A stretch of 64,000 bases of DNA from Ylistrum balloti. Lineage: Eukaryota. The notes under the pieces were generated by a model. It worked only from the letters and a program-made list of their open reading frames with translations, had not been told where the DNA came from and made no database searches. Of this stretch, positions 13,871 through 27,461 are shown piece after piece (the first letter of the stretch is position 1; every line of letters starts with the position of its first letter). Location of the stretch: NCBI RefSeq assembly GCF_031769215.1, contig NW_026782015.1, positions 2,356,001 to 2,420,000 of the forward strand, read 5' to 3'. Both the position numbers and the translations under genes were made by a program.

Positions 13871-15683
13871 AATAGAGCTATTGTTTCAATCGCGACACTT
13901 TGCTCGTCACAGTATAAAAACATACTTTGTCAAACCACTTTAGATTGTGTTCTCCATTATGACGGCTTTCATCAATAACTTACGTTTGTGTAAAATCTAT
14001 AAACGTTAGCAAGGTAAACATCATCGGCGTGTTTGAGGCCCATTGTGATAGTGATTTAGGTAGATAAATCTACTTCCCAAATGAAAACGAGTACTTGTTA
14101 ACAGACACGAGCTAGACAATAGAGTAGAACTGTTATGACCAATAATCTGCCGAAGATTGGCGAGTTAAAAGCTTCTATCGATTCCAGTGTTTACTTTTAG
14201 AGGTGTGAGTCTCTGGTTTCATATATTATTTTAAACATAACTGTAGTTTTAGTAGTAACTGAAACGATAGTCTGACAAAATTAAGACATGCACTGTATGT
14301 GTGATAATAAGGTAACAGAGATTATCTCTGTCATGAACCTCGTTTGATATGCAGTGTATACATGTACATGTGTATTTGAATACAAACTACCTGGTTTAGC
14401 CCGAAGTGACCGAGGTGTTGGCAGTTACCGTCATTTCCACAACAGTTTCACCACGACAGATATATTGTCTATTCGATCAGAACGAAATTTACAGAATTAG
14501 AAATTATGATACAGGCTTTATTTTTATCAGAAAAGTCAGAAAAAATGAACAGGTGTACACAATACTGTTTTTACGATTAAGATATTTATGATACGTAAAT
14601 CTATTTTAAATGTATACATATATAAGGTACGATATACATTGTAATACGTAATCATGTATAAAACTTCTATAGATTACGTACATGTCTGAATGACCTTCAG
14701 GGGTATATATATATACATACACACAGAATAGTACAAACAGAAACTGATACCTGTATTTACATGGTTCGTACGACAATTGACAATCAGTTGTATACGTACT
14801 TGTACTAATGTGCTAATTAAAGTCACTAAATAGTAGAACCAATCTTGTAATATTCCCTCCCTTTATATCCTGTCAGTGGAGTTTGTACCGGGTAACACAC
14901 TATTTAGTTTGTTTACTCAATCATGATTATCTACTTGCATTGTCAGCTTGAAACAATTAAAAAATACAATTTTGTGTACGCGTTTTACGATATTTCATTA
15001 TTTTTTTAAATAAATAATAAAATGAAAAGTTCTTTTTGATTTATTATTATTATGTTCTTAATTTTAGGAATGAAAATTAAGAATGTTTTATTGCTTAACC
15101 ACAACTTTTTATGAGCCTGTCGTTCACAGCTCACCAATACTGTCGTATATCATATCTGAAGGACAAACATACTGTTTTGAAATCCACCTATTGAACACAA
15201 AATTAATATTGACTTTTCTTTGTCTGTCTGTCGCTCACAAACTGTTACGTGTGTTAAAAGAAAACATGTCTGCTTTGATCCAGATAGTGTTCAATGTATA
15301 AAACGGTTGTTGTACCAAATCCTTGTTGATATGCTAGTCGTAGGCAAACATTAAAGTACATATAGATATATGTCTATATGTCACAGTAATGTGTTGGTAA
15401 CATGGCCGTTACTTGTTAAGACGAAATAATCTGACTGATTTTTTGATTGACAATATATGATCTCCAATAGACTCGTGTGCTAATAGATATTTGTACATGA
15501 CAAGAACTTACAACCTGTCTGAAGGTCTGACGACTGTAACCTTCATCACGTTATCAGACAACTGACTGGCTAAATTTAGTAATTAAATGTGTGGATCATG
15601 TAAATCGGGCGTATCAAGATCTTGAAGGAAATATCATGACAGGCTCTTCTAGTGTACATTTGTCAACACAACCAATACGACTG

Positions 15684-15803
15684 CTTAAAACTGAGATCTA
15701 CCATAATCGTGTTTACTTCACACTCACTAAAATAATTGTGAATTTTCCATTTCTTGATAGTAACATTCTTTATTTTCCAACATTTCGTGTTTACCTTTCA
15801 CAC
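15684..15803 (+). mobile_element. Penelope-like element RT C-terminal fragment (decayed)
   Basis: Translates LKTEIYHNR...IVNFPFLDSNI...VYLSH, matching the remembered PLE motif LxTKLYDKRDDFNFxIVNFPFLxSNIPxxPAYGVYISQL. Confidence 0.65.
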
Positions 15804-17801
15804 TAAATCTATGTCTCAGAGCAATTATTAAAGCTGTGATCTCATCAGAACATATGCTGCCTTTATTTAGCGTGAACCTGATATCTGTAACTCAACTATC
15901 TATTCTTGTTTTATGTATGTTATACAGCTGGGGAACACAGCATTACCTCAATTGGTCTAAACTTGCAATTTACTGAATCACATTCTGTATCTTCTTTACA
16001 GTTTCCATGGAATACGCAAAACTATCTTGAAATTCGCTTCTCAATTTATGGTTGGATTCTCAGCCAGCAAGTCATTGGCTTGGTTAGAAGAGATCACTGT
16101 AAACAATGACGTGGGCACTTTGTTTTGGAATTTATGTAGGGAATTACGTTAAAGTCGACCTCTTGACCCAATTATCGATCGGAAAACAAGATAGCAAAAA
16201 TCCAAATCTGACGAAAAATCAAAACACAAATATTTTTTAAAAATATTATGGTATAGATGGGAAAAGAGGTGATGTGTACACATATGTACAATATCTCCAT
16301 AGTTTACTTCATATGATTCGATATAAATGTTTAGTAATTTGAGTTTTAGTGAGTTACAAGGTAAGGATGAAACCGTACAATAACAGCTACAAATACCGTC
16401 ATGTTAAAAACAGTATCAAAATCGATGAAACGAGGGCACAATATGAACAAATTTAAATGTAGATCGTTGAAAAGTCCAAGTAGAATATAGATAATATATA
16501 TATTTTCTCACGAAAACCACGTACTTGGATATTTGAATTTGTGCGCAAACTTATAACGATCAACATCTGGTCACGAGAGCAGATAACTTTGCATTTGGAA
16601 AAAACAGAATATTAAAGTAGATTTCATAAGATGTCCGGTGTAAATACAGGTGTATATGTAGATGACCAGAGGGTAATGACTTAAAATTCTCTATAATTCA
16701 TTAATCATACATGTATATCCTTTTGACAAAAATTGACATCTCTATAAATCGTGTGTGCAAACATACTGGCAGTTACACGATCTCATATCAGAGTGTTTGA
16801 CTGTAACTTGCCTTTTTTTGCCCTTCCCACATAGCCAAACATAAAATTATTTAAAGAAATTGGATTCCGACAAAAGAAAAAAAAATCTTATATATTAAAT
16901 GAACATTAAGCCAAACATCAAGTCTAGGTAATGGCACTTTCTGAAGGAAAACAAAAACAAGGGAAATGTCAGCATTGTTTAGGCTATAAATATGTTTATT
17001 ATCAATGAAAACACATTGGTAGATATCATTATAGACCCACAATGTCGTTCTCATTTCATCTATTCTTAGTTTTGGGTGCAATAGCCGGTATAAATTCATG
17101 CATTCAGCTATGACTGGCATACCACAAGACTTCGGGAGTATCTGAACACTCCATGAAACCAAATGTTTCTTGGGGACAATGTAAACGTGAAGCAACCATC
17201 TCAAACGTCACAATGGTTAAGACAAGTAACATTTAGTTCTGGTAAAAAACAATACTTGGCATGCGCACAACGAACGTTTCCTTCTTTACACAAACGAATA
17301 CAAAAGATTTGGTCTAAAAGACATGTCCTCCGTCTAATACTTTCCTAAATGACATACTTGACAGCTTTTCTACCTCTCAAACATTTTGATGAATACCAGA
17401 TGAGCAAATAAAAAAGAATTTTAATATATTTTGTGTATTGTTAAGCAGAGTTCTATGTCATTTGACGCTCAAGATTCCAAACGCAAATACAATATTGTAC
17501 ATACGTATGTTTTATTGAACTTTTGGGCTCATTTGTAAATGCAAATATATGTTTAAAACCGCGCGATGATCAATACCAATTTAATATCGTAATAGAGATA
17601 TTATATATTTTTTTTTAATCTGCTTCATACATATACCGTAAAAGAACTCTTAAACAAGATTGAATATTCCGTTTTAATTTCACGCTTCGGCTGTTAGCCT
17701 TAGAACGTCATCAATCGGATAACAACAAATATACAGGACAATCAACAGACGTGTTTGTTGAAAATAAAAAACTTGTCAGCGTTTGTCAATGTTAATACCT
17801 T

Positions 17802-17878
17802 TGGAACGTTAAAAATGGACTCGCGTTGAAAACGGACCAATGGTCCGTTTTCAACGCGGGTCCATTTTCAACGTTACA
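17802..17878. repeat. Near-perfect 71-77-bp palindrome, possible tiny MITE
   Basis: 35-bp arms (17805-17839 / 17841-17875) with 2 mismatches around a 1-nt centre. The arms extend to TG(G)...ACA ends. Confidence 0.85.
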
Positions 17879-19326
17879 CCTACTTACCGAAGGACCAATA
17901 GCGTATTGCTGTCGGGATCTTGAATCCGACTTCAACATCGCCGAACCAAGTGATAAATCAACCCAATGGAGGGTGGGTCTTGTGACAGTGTTCATCACAC
18001 TGATTCCATGAGACATGAAAGGAAGTAGACATTTTGTAGTGACTGACATAGGGAGCGAAACAACAATGAATCACCCGGTACGTTGGCCTTCACGAGTTAT
18101 ATATATATATATATATACTCTGATAAGGTGTGGCGAAAAGGGACATCAAAAACAATAGAAAGTTACCTAATTCAAACTCGACAAAATCGATCAAACGGGC
18201 ACATTTGGAAAATTTACCCACAGACCCCTAAACAATTACTAGAAGAATGTCATGTAATGTCATGTTCTGAATGTGAGAACCGAGATAAAAAGACGCATTA
18301 ACGATCATCGAACACATTTAACTCTTTCCTAATGACCTTTTAATGACGACCTTAACTTACATGGTCCTCATTAATCTTCAACTGTCGAAATTCTTTTCGT
18401 TAAACCAAGGTCGTATTTCAAATATTGAAACAAATGTTGAATATACAAAACGCATGCAGATTTTCGATATACCGATTTTCAGATTCCCACTTGGAGTACA
18501 TACAAACACTTGATGTGCGACCAAGACAAATCACGTATAGATATTCAGAACCCTTCGGACCATTTAGTACTGTATGACTGTTAAAGAACCCATAACAAAT
18601 GTGAAGCACATCTGTAAAGTACAATATTTTGCTTTATGGTGAGAATACCACAAAACAGGAATACATGAATCACTCAATTAATCAGATCATATTTAATATA
18701 CCTAAGATTGGCAATCATCCATTTAAATTTAAGAATTGTCCCTGAAAAGACTGGGATATAAGAAGAACTGAGTCGATACGTTTATAGGGGCGACCATCTG
18801 GCCACTGTATACCATGCACCTAGCCCGGGTACCATTGTCTGACAGGTAACCCTACTCCCCTGACCGTCAGACCGGGCCAGATAGCGATATATACACCACT
18901 GACTGACAAAACAATATCTCCTTATAAATAACTTACCTATACAGGCGTGCCCATATATCAATTCAAAACATGTTTATTGGTAGAGATGGAATAACATTGC
19001 ATTATAACGTACACTTTACCATATCTTAACAAATACTCGTTTATATATACAAAAAAAATTGATAAAACGAAAGGTCTTCACTGCATAGAGAATTTAATTT
19101 ACAGAATAAAGATTCGATAGAATGGCTCAGTCTTCGGCTATTGGTGTTTCAAGCGTTTTCCAATAGGAATTAAGCGCAATTTTTCTTCTGAAACGTAGTC
19201 AAATTCTTTTTAAAACATCAACAATTTGTCATTAAAAGTTTTAAATTACTATTAAAATGTGAAGGTTAAGCGGTTTAAAACTGACCAAGACTCTTACAGA
19301 TTATGTGACATAACCTTTAAAACTCA

Positions 19327-19900
19327 GTGACGTGATATGGCTTAACACATAGGTCCCGTGAACACTTTGACGTGATATTGCTTAACACGAGACGTGTGAA
19401 CACTTTGACGTGATATTACTTAACACGAGTCGTGTGAACACTTTGACGTGATATTTTGACGTGATATTGCTTAACACGAGTCGTGTGAACACTTTGACGT
19501 GATATTTTGACGTGATATTGCTTAACACGAGTCATGTGAACACATTTAACGTGATATTGTTTAACACGAGTTGTGTTAACACATTGACGTGATATTGCTT
19601 AACACGAGTCGTGTGAACACTTTGACGTGATATTGCTTAACACGAGTAGTGTGAACACTTTGACGTGATATTGATAAACACGAGTCGTGTGAACACATTG
19701 ACGTGATATTACTTAACACGAGTCGTATGAACACTTTGACGTGATATTGCTTAACACGAGTCGTGTGAACACATTGACGGGATATTTCTTAACACGAGTC
19801 GTGTGAACACTTTGACGTGATATTGCTTAACACGAGTCGTGTGAACACTTTGACGTGATATTGTTTACCATACGAGTCGTGTGAATACTGACGAGATATG
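19327..19900. repeat. 38-bp minisatellite, ~14-15 copies
   Basis: Unit gacgtgatattgcttaacacgagtcgtgtgaacacttt, with an internal inverted repeat ACACGA-G-TCGTGT and TGACGTGA at most unit junctions. Confidence 0.95.
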
Positions 19901-20939
19901 GTTTAACACACGCGATATGATATGTCGCGTGATGTTTACAGAATACCAAATCAGTTGAATAGTTTATCAATCTGAAAATCACGTTTTTTCATCGTGACTT
20001 TCACTGTTAATTTAACCCCAGAAAAATCATTTAAGCTGCTACGCATTGTAGAAGCCGAAAACTTTTAGCATCGCTAATAAAGAATTTAACGCCTTTAAAT
20101 GTGATACAATGAAGGCTCTCTCGTCAGACCGATTATCTGTCTCTAACATCCAATAAAGGTGTGTAATTCAATGGACGATGGAAAATCATTATGTCATCGT
20201 GGGCAGATAGTGGTCATTATTATCATATTTATACCTGTCCTGATAAATGTATGTATATATTGTATAATAAACTTGTCCCTATCTTATTATTATGCATTAT
20301 AATCCCCTTGTTTCCTGAATATAAAAAGTACATAAATGCTAAATTATACCTTATTAAATCTTCGTCTTATAAAACATATGTCCTGGAAAATACTATGTAT
20401 CAATTATAACTGTACTGCATGATACCGTATATGTAACATATATAGCATATATTCAGAATCGTTATCCAATCATGTTTAAACCTAATTATGAAACTACACA
20501 CAAACAAAAATGTTTAGTTAAAATAACACATCTATACACATCCTTTAGCATAAGTGATTAACCAGGCAGTTTAATAATTGTGGTTGATTTTTTTATGTCA
20601 CACCATTTGTACTAAAAGTAAAACGTATAGCGAGTTACAAGGTACAATACACGAGATTACAAATGATATGAGAGGTTTGACTATCAGCTTTCCTTGTCAA
20701 TTATCCGTTTTACTGTAGGCTGGCTATAAGTAACTTGGTGTTGATTTCAAATCAATTAAAATGGATATAAAGGGCGAAAAAAAAATTTTTTGTTATCGCA
20801 GTCAAACCTTAAAATATTCAACAATTCTGACACGTCACTTCTGTCTTTATCCAACAAACATAAAAGTTCTCTATCCATGACGTAAACTAGCAGCTACCAT
20901 ATTTTAATGGATACATGACATCTGCGTCGTTCATTTGAA

Positions 20940-21185
20940 ATTGTGACACCTGCCTATTTCTTATACTTGTGACACTCGCCTTATCCACTTTGGAAAATTG
21001 TGACACCAGTCTCATTCACTGTAACACATCCGTCTCGTTTACCTCATTCACTTTAGAATTGTAACACATCCGTCTCGTTTACCTCATTCATTTTGGAACT
21101 GTAACAACCATCTCGTTTACCTGATTCACTTTAGAAATGGAACGCATCCGTCTCGTTTACCTCATCAATTTGAAAATGTAACGCT
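20940..21185. repeat. Degenerate ~40-bp tandem repeat, ~4 recognisable copies
   Basis: gtaacacatccgtctcgtttacctcattcactttagaatt-type units from 21021, with shorter ttgtgacac-led variants upstream. Confidence 0.8.
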
Positions 21186-22603
21186 CGGTCGATTTATTTT
21201 TAACTTGTGTCTTCTGTGTCAATCATCTTGAAATCGTAACACGTTTTCAGTACATGCACATTTTATAGCAATTATGAAAAAAAGGACCTTTATTTGTGTC
21301 TATGCCATAATTGATTAAATCGGCGTGTCCCTAGAATATAGATAATTGAAAAGTTCGCGTTAGTGCTAATACATTTAGATGGCAGTGATTTTCGGATGGA
21401 CAGACTTAGCACTATGAAGTTAGAAACTGTAATATACAAAACTTTCACCAACTGACCAGTCTCCTTCAAACTCATTACTTTGTTAAGAGAAAGCTCAATA
21501 TTCTTCAACTATATTACTATATTTCCATTTTATATGCCAGTACAAATAACATTTAAAATTGGTGATTTATGTCTGGTCTTGTTGGGAGTCAATCTGAATC
21601 GTGTTCAAGAATATACCCTGATGTATGTCTCTTTGGTTTGGTGTCCGTTGTCCAATGGTGATTGTGTATCGTGTCGAATTTTGATTCTAAATAGGTATGT
21701 GAACATGTTACGTTGTATTCTTATCAGTGGTGGGCACTACTTTCCTGACTAATTACCCACTCGTGAGAGATTGTAAAGGAAGTGTTTAAGTAAGCCTATA
21801 CATTTGTACCATACCTTTGTTTCTCCTTTTCGATTCTATACAGTAAACTTGAAGTCATGTTCTAAATCTTATTATGCGCATGCACGTATTCATAATCTAA
21901 AGCTCACTCGCTAATCAATTCCGTTTGTTCCTTCTCGTACTTGAATGGACAATAATAACTTCGGAATTTGATTTTGAAATTTTTAATCGGCTTGACTTGC
22001 CAACCTGATGTTAATTTGAAATGTTATTTACGTGTATTCTAAAGACCGTCCCGATGATCAGACACAGACCGTGTCTCTGATTATACGGGTGGTACAATTA
22101 ATTATATATTAGTATAGAATTTATTGGGAATCATTATCCATATATATATAAACGATATTTTAGCATTTTATAAACAGCAATATCTAAGAGAGAGAAAAAA
22201 AATCGAACCATTTTTTTTTCACTTGGATAATATCATACAAATTCCGTTTGTATGTCTTTCACACTTTGATACAAGGTAATACACCCTACATGTGTTTCTC
22301 TCTCTTGATAAATACTAAAGTAAATAATGAACGTGCGCACCGTGTACTGTTTATAGTAATCCGTATCTGTGTTAGAACTTAATACACCACTACTATTATC
22401 AAATCAATAGTAAAAAAATAGCAGAGATAAAAAAATATTGAAATAGACAATTGAGAAAAATTATAGATATCATATGACGTACCTTGTTTTTGGGTTATTC
22501 CATGTAAAACCTCTCTGTAAGCAATGTACAAAAATCACCTGTTATTAACAGGACTTTAAAATTCGGCCTCACTACTACCTGTACATGGTACCCGATTGTC
22601 CCA

Positions 22604-22622
22604 CCGCCATGTTGTAACCAAT
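22604..22622. promoter_or_regulatory. YY1-like motif (CCGCCATGTT) plus CCAAT box upstream of UBAC1
   Basis: Motif match only, ~430 bp upstream of the UBAC1 ATG. On - it reads CAACATGGCGG. Confidence 0.35.
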
Positions 22623-22940
22623 GAAGCGTACGGTCACTAAGGTCGTTTAAATTTATAATCGTCTGCTACCTTCAATATCATGTTAAAGCAATTTAGTATA
22701 TTGTATGTGGTTGTCAATCATCACAATGCAGACATAGAAAGTGGCTATGATTTTTTCCCTTTTTAATACTCTCAATTTAGATATTTTCAATGCCAAAACA
22801 ACAAGTTTGCGAAAACGGGTCTTTGTTCTGAAATGGATTTACATTAAAGGCTTTTAAATTTTATGGATCAATGAACAGAGTGGAGTCCACGAATTACGTC
22901 CCTTGTGTCAATATACTTTTTAAATGCCGATAGACGGCAG

Positions 22941-22948
22941 TATATAAA
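22941..22948 (+). promoter_or_regulatory. Candidate TATA box for UBAC1
   Basis: TATATAAA ~100 bp upstream of the ATG at 23049. Weak evidence in AT-rich DNA. Confidence 0.25.
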
Positions 22949-23048
22949 CGTTTTAGTGACTCCGATTTACAGTTCGGAATACTCTCGGGTTGCAGAGAAA
23001 AGACTAGAATTCCATATTTGTCATTTCTCTCACTGAGAAAACAACTGC

Positions 23049-23304
23049 ATGTTTGTCTCTGAGACTAGCATCCTCCCTCCTACAGGGATGAGGGTGCGGG
23101 TGGTGAACATGGAGGGTCAGGAATTCATAATTGATCTAAATCCAGACTTGAAAATCGACGCTGTCAAAATACGATCTTTAGGTCATTTCCTGAACCCGGC
23201 TGACAGTATGAAAAGTTCTCTGTATCACAAGATCCTTCTCGTTCGTACAGGAAAAATACTTAGCGACGAAAAGACACTGTCTCAGGAAGGAGTTACTGAC
23301 AACG
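23049..23304 (+). CDS. UBAC1: UBAC1 (KPC2) exon 1, ubiquitin-like domain
   Basis: MFVSET...MRVRVVNMEG...HKILLVRTGKILSDEKTLSQEGVTDN is a UBL fold. Donor G|GTAGTA, phase 1. Confidence 0.88.
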
Positions 23305-25070
23305 GTAGTATAAATATTCATGCAAGAAAATACTAGAATTTGTAACAAAGTGGGCTACAGTTACATTAACTTCACACATTTAATTTCCAAGTGTGTCCAA
23401 CACATGTGCAAAATGGTTTTTGAATGATGGGGCTAGCAAATGTATAACGTTTTATGCTAAAAACTACAGGAAAACAACACATTTTTTTGTAAACTTCATA
23501 CTCAGTTCAGTCAATATAATACTTTCGTGTAGAGACCTAAATAGCTAGGTCACTGGCTCGTGGTTATGCACAGTGTCCTCCTGGACAGTTTTAGATGTCG
23601 CTAGTTCAAGCCACTAGAGGGGCATGGCATGGTTCATATTACTTCCTATAACATACATATGTTGCACCTCAAGTGTTGAAGATCTCATAAAGGTAGTACG
23701 AAAAAGGCATTAGCATAGCATCTTATTGCATATGTATTTATAATTACCTTACACAAATCAGACAGTGACTGAAACAAGGCAATGTTGTTCACACACTTAT
23801 TTGATCTCATCGTAAGATGTTTAAGAGCAGTTTGATCAAAACTAATTTCCCCACTGGATTACTGCTTCTGGTTTTCAGACAATTCAAAGATAATGGCATC
23901 ACAAATGGAAAGGAAAGTCCAGTCACTGATATTGATTCCCAAACTGAAGTCTTTGAAGAGCTCCTCTGGGAACTTGTGGTTGCCAAAAGCTACAATCCTA
24001 TAAAAAATTATTTCCACTAATCTGGTGATGAAAGATCAAACAAGAGAACAGGAGAAACAAGAGAAGAAAATAGTATACATTATTGTTATACCAACATCTG
24101 AGCCATAAACCTGCCATATTTCAACTGTTGCTGAAAACATCAACGTTGCACGACCCCTATTCCCCCCACACATCCATCTCCACCCACTCAGCTTTTGTTT
24201 GCAAGGTATCCTCTTGCATCCCACTATACCAGTGTAACAGGCCAAACATTATTTACCCTGAACACTAGATATGTATTCTGACCCAATGACCAGCTACCCA
24301 CATGAATTCACCCACATATCCAATTTAAATAAACCTATCTATAGGGTTTTTCCTAGTCTCCCATCCAAACTCATTTGTCAGGATTTTATTCTTTTGTTAA
24401 GTGCACTCGTACATATTACTGGCTTGAAACAAGGATAGACTACAAGTGTGATGGGATTCACCTCCAGATGAAAAAAAGGCCTTGTGGGCTGAACTATAGT
24501 GTACTAATTTGTTCACCCCTGAAATTTATGAGTAATGAGCAGGGGTATATATTATATTATTCAGTCCAATAGAAGTCATTATCAAATGTGAAATTGCAAT
24601 GCCATTCCCTGCACTGTAATCGTTGTGATTGTCATGAGTATGTCCATTTAAGCAGCAGATTTGGGGTCATTGGAATTTGTCATGTAGGATTTTAAGCCTA
24701 AGTGTGTTGAACTTTGTACAATATTAAAAAAGTTGGTGTTTAATACTGATAAATTAATTAAAAATATTATTCTCTTACTTTTCATGGATATTGTGTATAT
24801 ATAGCTGTTGTTAATTGAATCTGGGTTACTAAGTACAATTTATTGAAATTTCTGTATCTTTTCAAATTCTTACATTGATTGCTCAATTGTATTGAACTGT
24901 ATGTAGAGTATTCAGAAAACTTTGTGTTTAATGATAGTGAATTAATTGAAAATATCATTCTCTTACTTTTCATTGACATTGTGCATATATTTGCTGTTAA
25001 CTGGATCAGGGTTATTGAGTACAGTTTATTGAAATTTCTTTTTCTTTTCAAATTCTTACATTAATTGCAG

Positions 25071-25129
25071 ATGAGTTGATAATACTGAAGAAGAGACTAG
25101 TCCCATCCAGATATGAGAGCAAAGATCCG
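25071..25129 (+). CDS. UBAC1: UBAC1 exon 2 (DELIILKKRLVPSRYESKDP)
   Basis: Acceptor ttgcag|, donor CCG|GTAAGT, phase 1 in and 0 out. Completes the UBL domain. Confidence 0.88.
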
Positions 25130-26469
25130 GTAAGTGTTGCTAGTGGTTATACAGTGCTTCCTCAACCTTTTACCACCTGATAATGTTGCCACACTTGTAT
25201 ATTAATTCAAATGTTCCAAATTACTCTGTATTTCCCTCAGTGTTATTGCCAAATTGGGTCGTCGTTGAGCTCTCTAATGTTCTTTTTGTATACATATGGG
25301 AATTCTTGATTTTACTGGCACAGGTAACAGTTACGCTTCAGTGATTTCATTTACTAATCAAATTGATGCCTATAGGTGCAGGTTCGTATTGTAATAAAAC
25401 AATGGGTTATTTATACTCGTATTGTGTTTGTGTTGTACACCTGTATGTCAAAATTTAGCTTTGCCATTCATGATCGGAGACTGAGAGAAGATATTAGACC
25501 ACGGTCAAAAAACATTTATAATGACTTTGCCCATGGTAACCCAAAAGTATCACCCCAGTAATTAGCAAATCATGATCAGTTTTCTTCTTTATTGTATTTA
25601 CAACTCGGACATTGATCTGTTTCAGAGATAGTGACAAATAAAAACACATATGCCATTTTTTTCCCAAAACTGGGGCCATATTAGACAATCTGTTCTTGTG
25701 TGACAATATTGTAACTGTACATTTGGATTTTGCCACATATAAAGATATTGATCAATTATCTTATACAAAGTTCTATTTCATCAAATTTCGATACTGTCAC
25801 CACCCTCATGATACTGCCTAAATCTGTATGGGCCAAAACATGGCGGTATGATGAGGGTATACACATATATATGGCAGAATGAAGCAGCCTTGGTAGAATG
25901 AAATACTCGCAATATCCTCAACAATTTTTATGATTTCTTTAATTGAGTCCATGACCCATTTTCCAAAGTTTTGATGAGTCTCATTTTAAGAGGTATAGTG
26001 TACTCTCAAAATTTGGGTGAGACTCACTGGAAAAGCATGAGTCAAGGTCTCAGATATCTGAGTCCTAAAAAAACACTATATTTGTATACTCTCATACATA
26101 TAAAAACTGTGTTCAAGGGTTGTTTCCCAATTTTACAATTTCTCTATATTGAGAGCTGACAGATAAAGTCAGAACTCAGGGTTTTGAGAGATGCTGGTTG
26201 ATGGAGATTATAGAGAAGTTTGATAGATTTCACTATATAATCTCCTTCGGAAATGTCCTTCCCTGTGGGGTTTGAAGTTGAATGTTCAATGTTAGTTGTA
26301 TGAAAAAAAAAATCATCATTTTTTCCCTCTGAAATCAATGTTTAATTTACTCATTTAGTCATATGATTTTTTCAAGTTCCTCATAGTTTGCTGTTGTTTC
26401 ACTGATTTTGAGTTTGAATTAAGATTCCGTTTACAGTATTTTATTTGTATTTTTCCTCAATTGAACTAG

Positions 26470-26580
26470 CTGCAGAGAGAAGAAAGTAAAAAAATCACCA
26501 TGGATACTATAAAAGAGGTCACATCCCGTCTTCCTGCAGCAAAAGCACCGAAGGCTCCAGAGACTCCACCAAACCTAGAT
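26470..26580 (+). CDS. UBAC1: UBAC1 exon 3 (LQREESKKITMDTIKEVTSRLP...PNLD)
   Basis: Phase 0/0, donor GAT|GTAAGT. An alternative in-frame acceptor at 26476 is possible. Confidence 0.85.
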
Positions 26581-27008
26581 GTAAGTTTTCTGAGAAGAAT
26601 AAAGAGCAGTATGATGTGGTCAGTTCTTTTGATTAATAGTCAGTCCAGTGTGTGGTATAGAGCTATGGTAATATACATATTTATAACATCTCATCAGTTA
26701 AGTAGGAAAGATCAAGGAAAAATATTTCTGTCTTTTCATAATGCAGAGTTATCTGCTCTTTTTGAGCTAGTATTGGTTGTTTGGTAGGTAATTAGTTTGT
26801 GTGAGAAAGTTGTGTTGTTTTCTCTTGAAGTCACTCTCACAAACAAATGACTTCACAGTCAATACCTTCTCAAAGAAGTAGATATCTCTACTTATATAAA
26901 AGAAGGAACGACAGTTCTACTAATATTTGACTGTGATCTAAGTCAGTGATGGTAAATATTCTATCACCCTTCTATCTGTCAACTCTTCCATGTGGAATTT
27001 TGTTTTAG

Positions 27009-27111
27009 TTTCAGACAGAGCTGAGGAAGATCTTGGTCTCGCTGATAGAAGCTTCCCAAAAGATATTGTGTCTTAATCCAGAGGCATCAAAGATATTTAA
27101 ACAAGCTGAAG
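27009..27111 (+). CDS. UBAC1: UBAC1 exon 4 ([34 protein letters not shown])
   Basis: Closely matches the remembered human UBAC1 segment [27 protein letters not shown]. Phase 0/1. Confidence 0.93.
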
Positions 27112-27461
27112 GTATATTTGTTTCATTTTCAATGTATGTAGTGTACAGCCACAGGTGTAATACACATGACCTGATAAAATAACCCTGTCTTATGTGAAAA
27201 TTTCAAACTAATGTAAGCTTTTCTTTCTTGAAGTGGCACAACGGTGTGATAAAAAGTGGGAAATTTAATCTTTCTGTAAATGTGTAGTAGTAACACAGTT
27301 CAATGTTTTATTAACATTGATGTTTGGAAATCTTATATAACTTTATAAAATCAAGTTTAGTTAAATAATATTACCAAAATTTGAAATTACAATTTACTAT
27401 ACAGGAACAATATCTAATGCAATCACACATACATGTTTATATAACTAATTTATCTTTACAG

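Noticed and set aside
23817-24268. Short ORFs inside UBAC1 intron 1 and other 60-100-aa ORFs in the track
   Set aside because: They show AT-rich intronic composition, no homology and no compatible splice sites.
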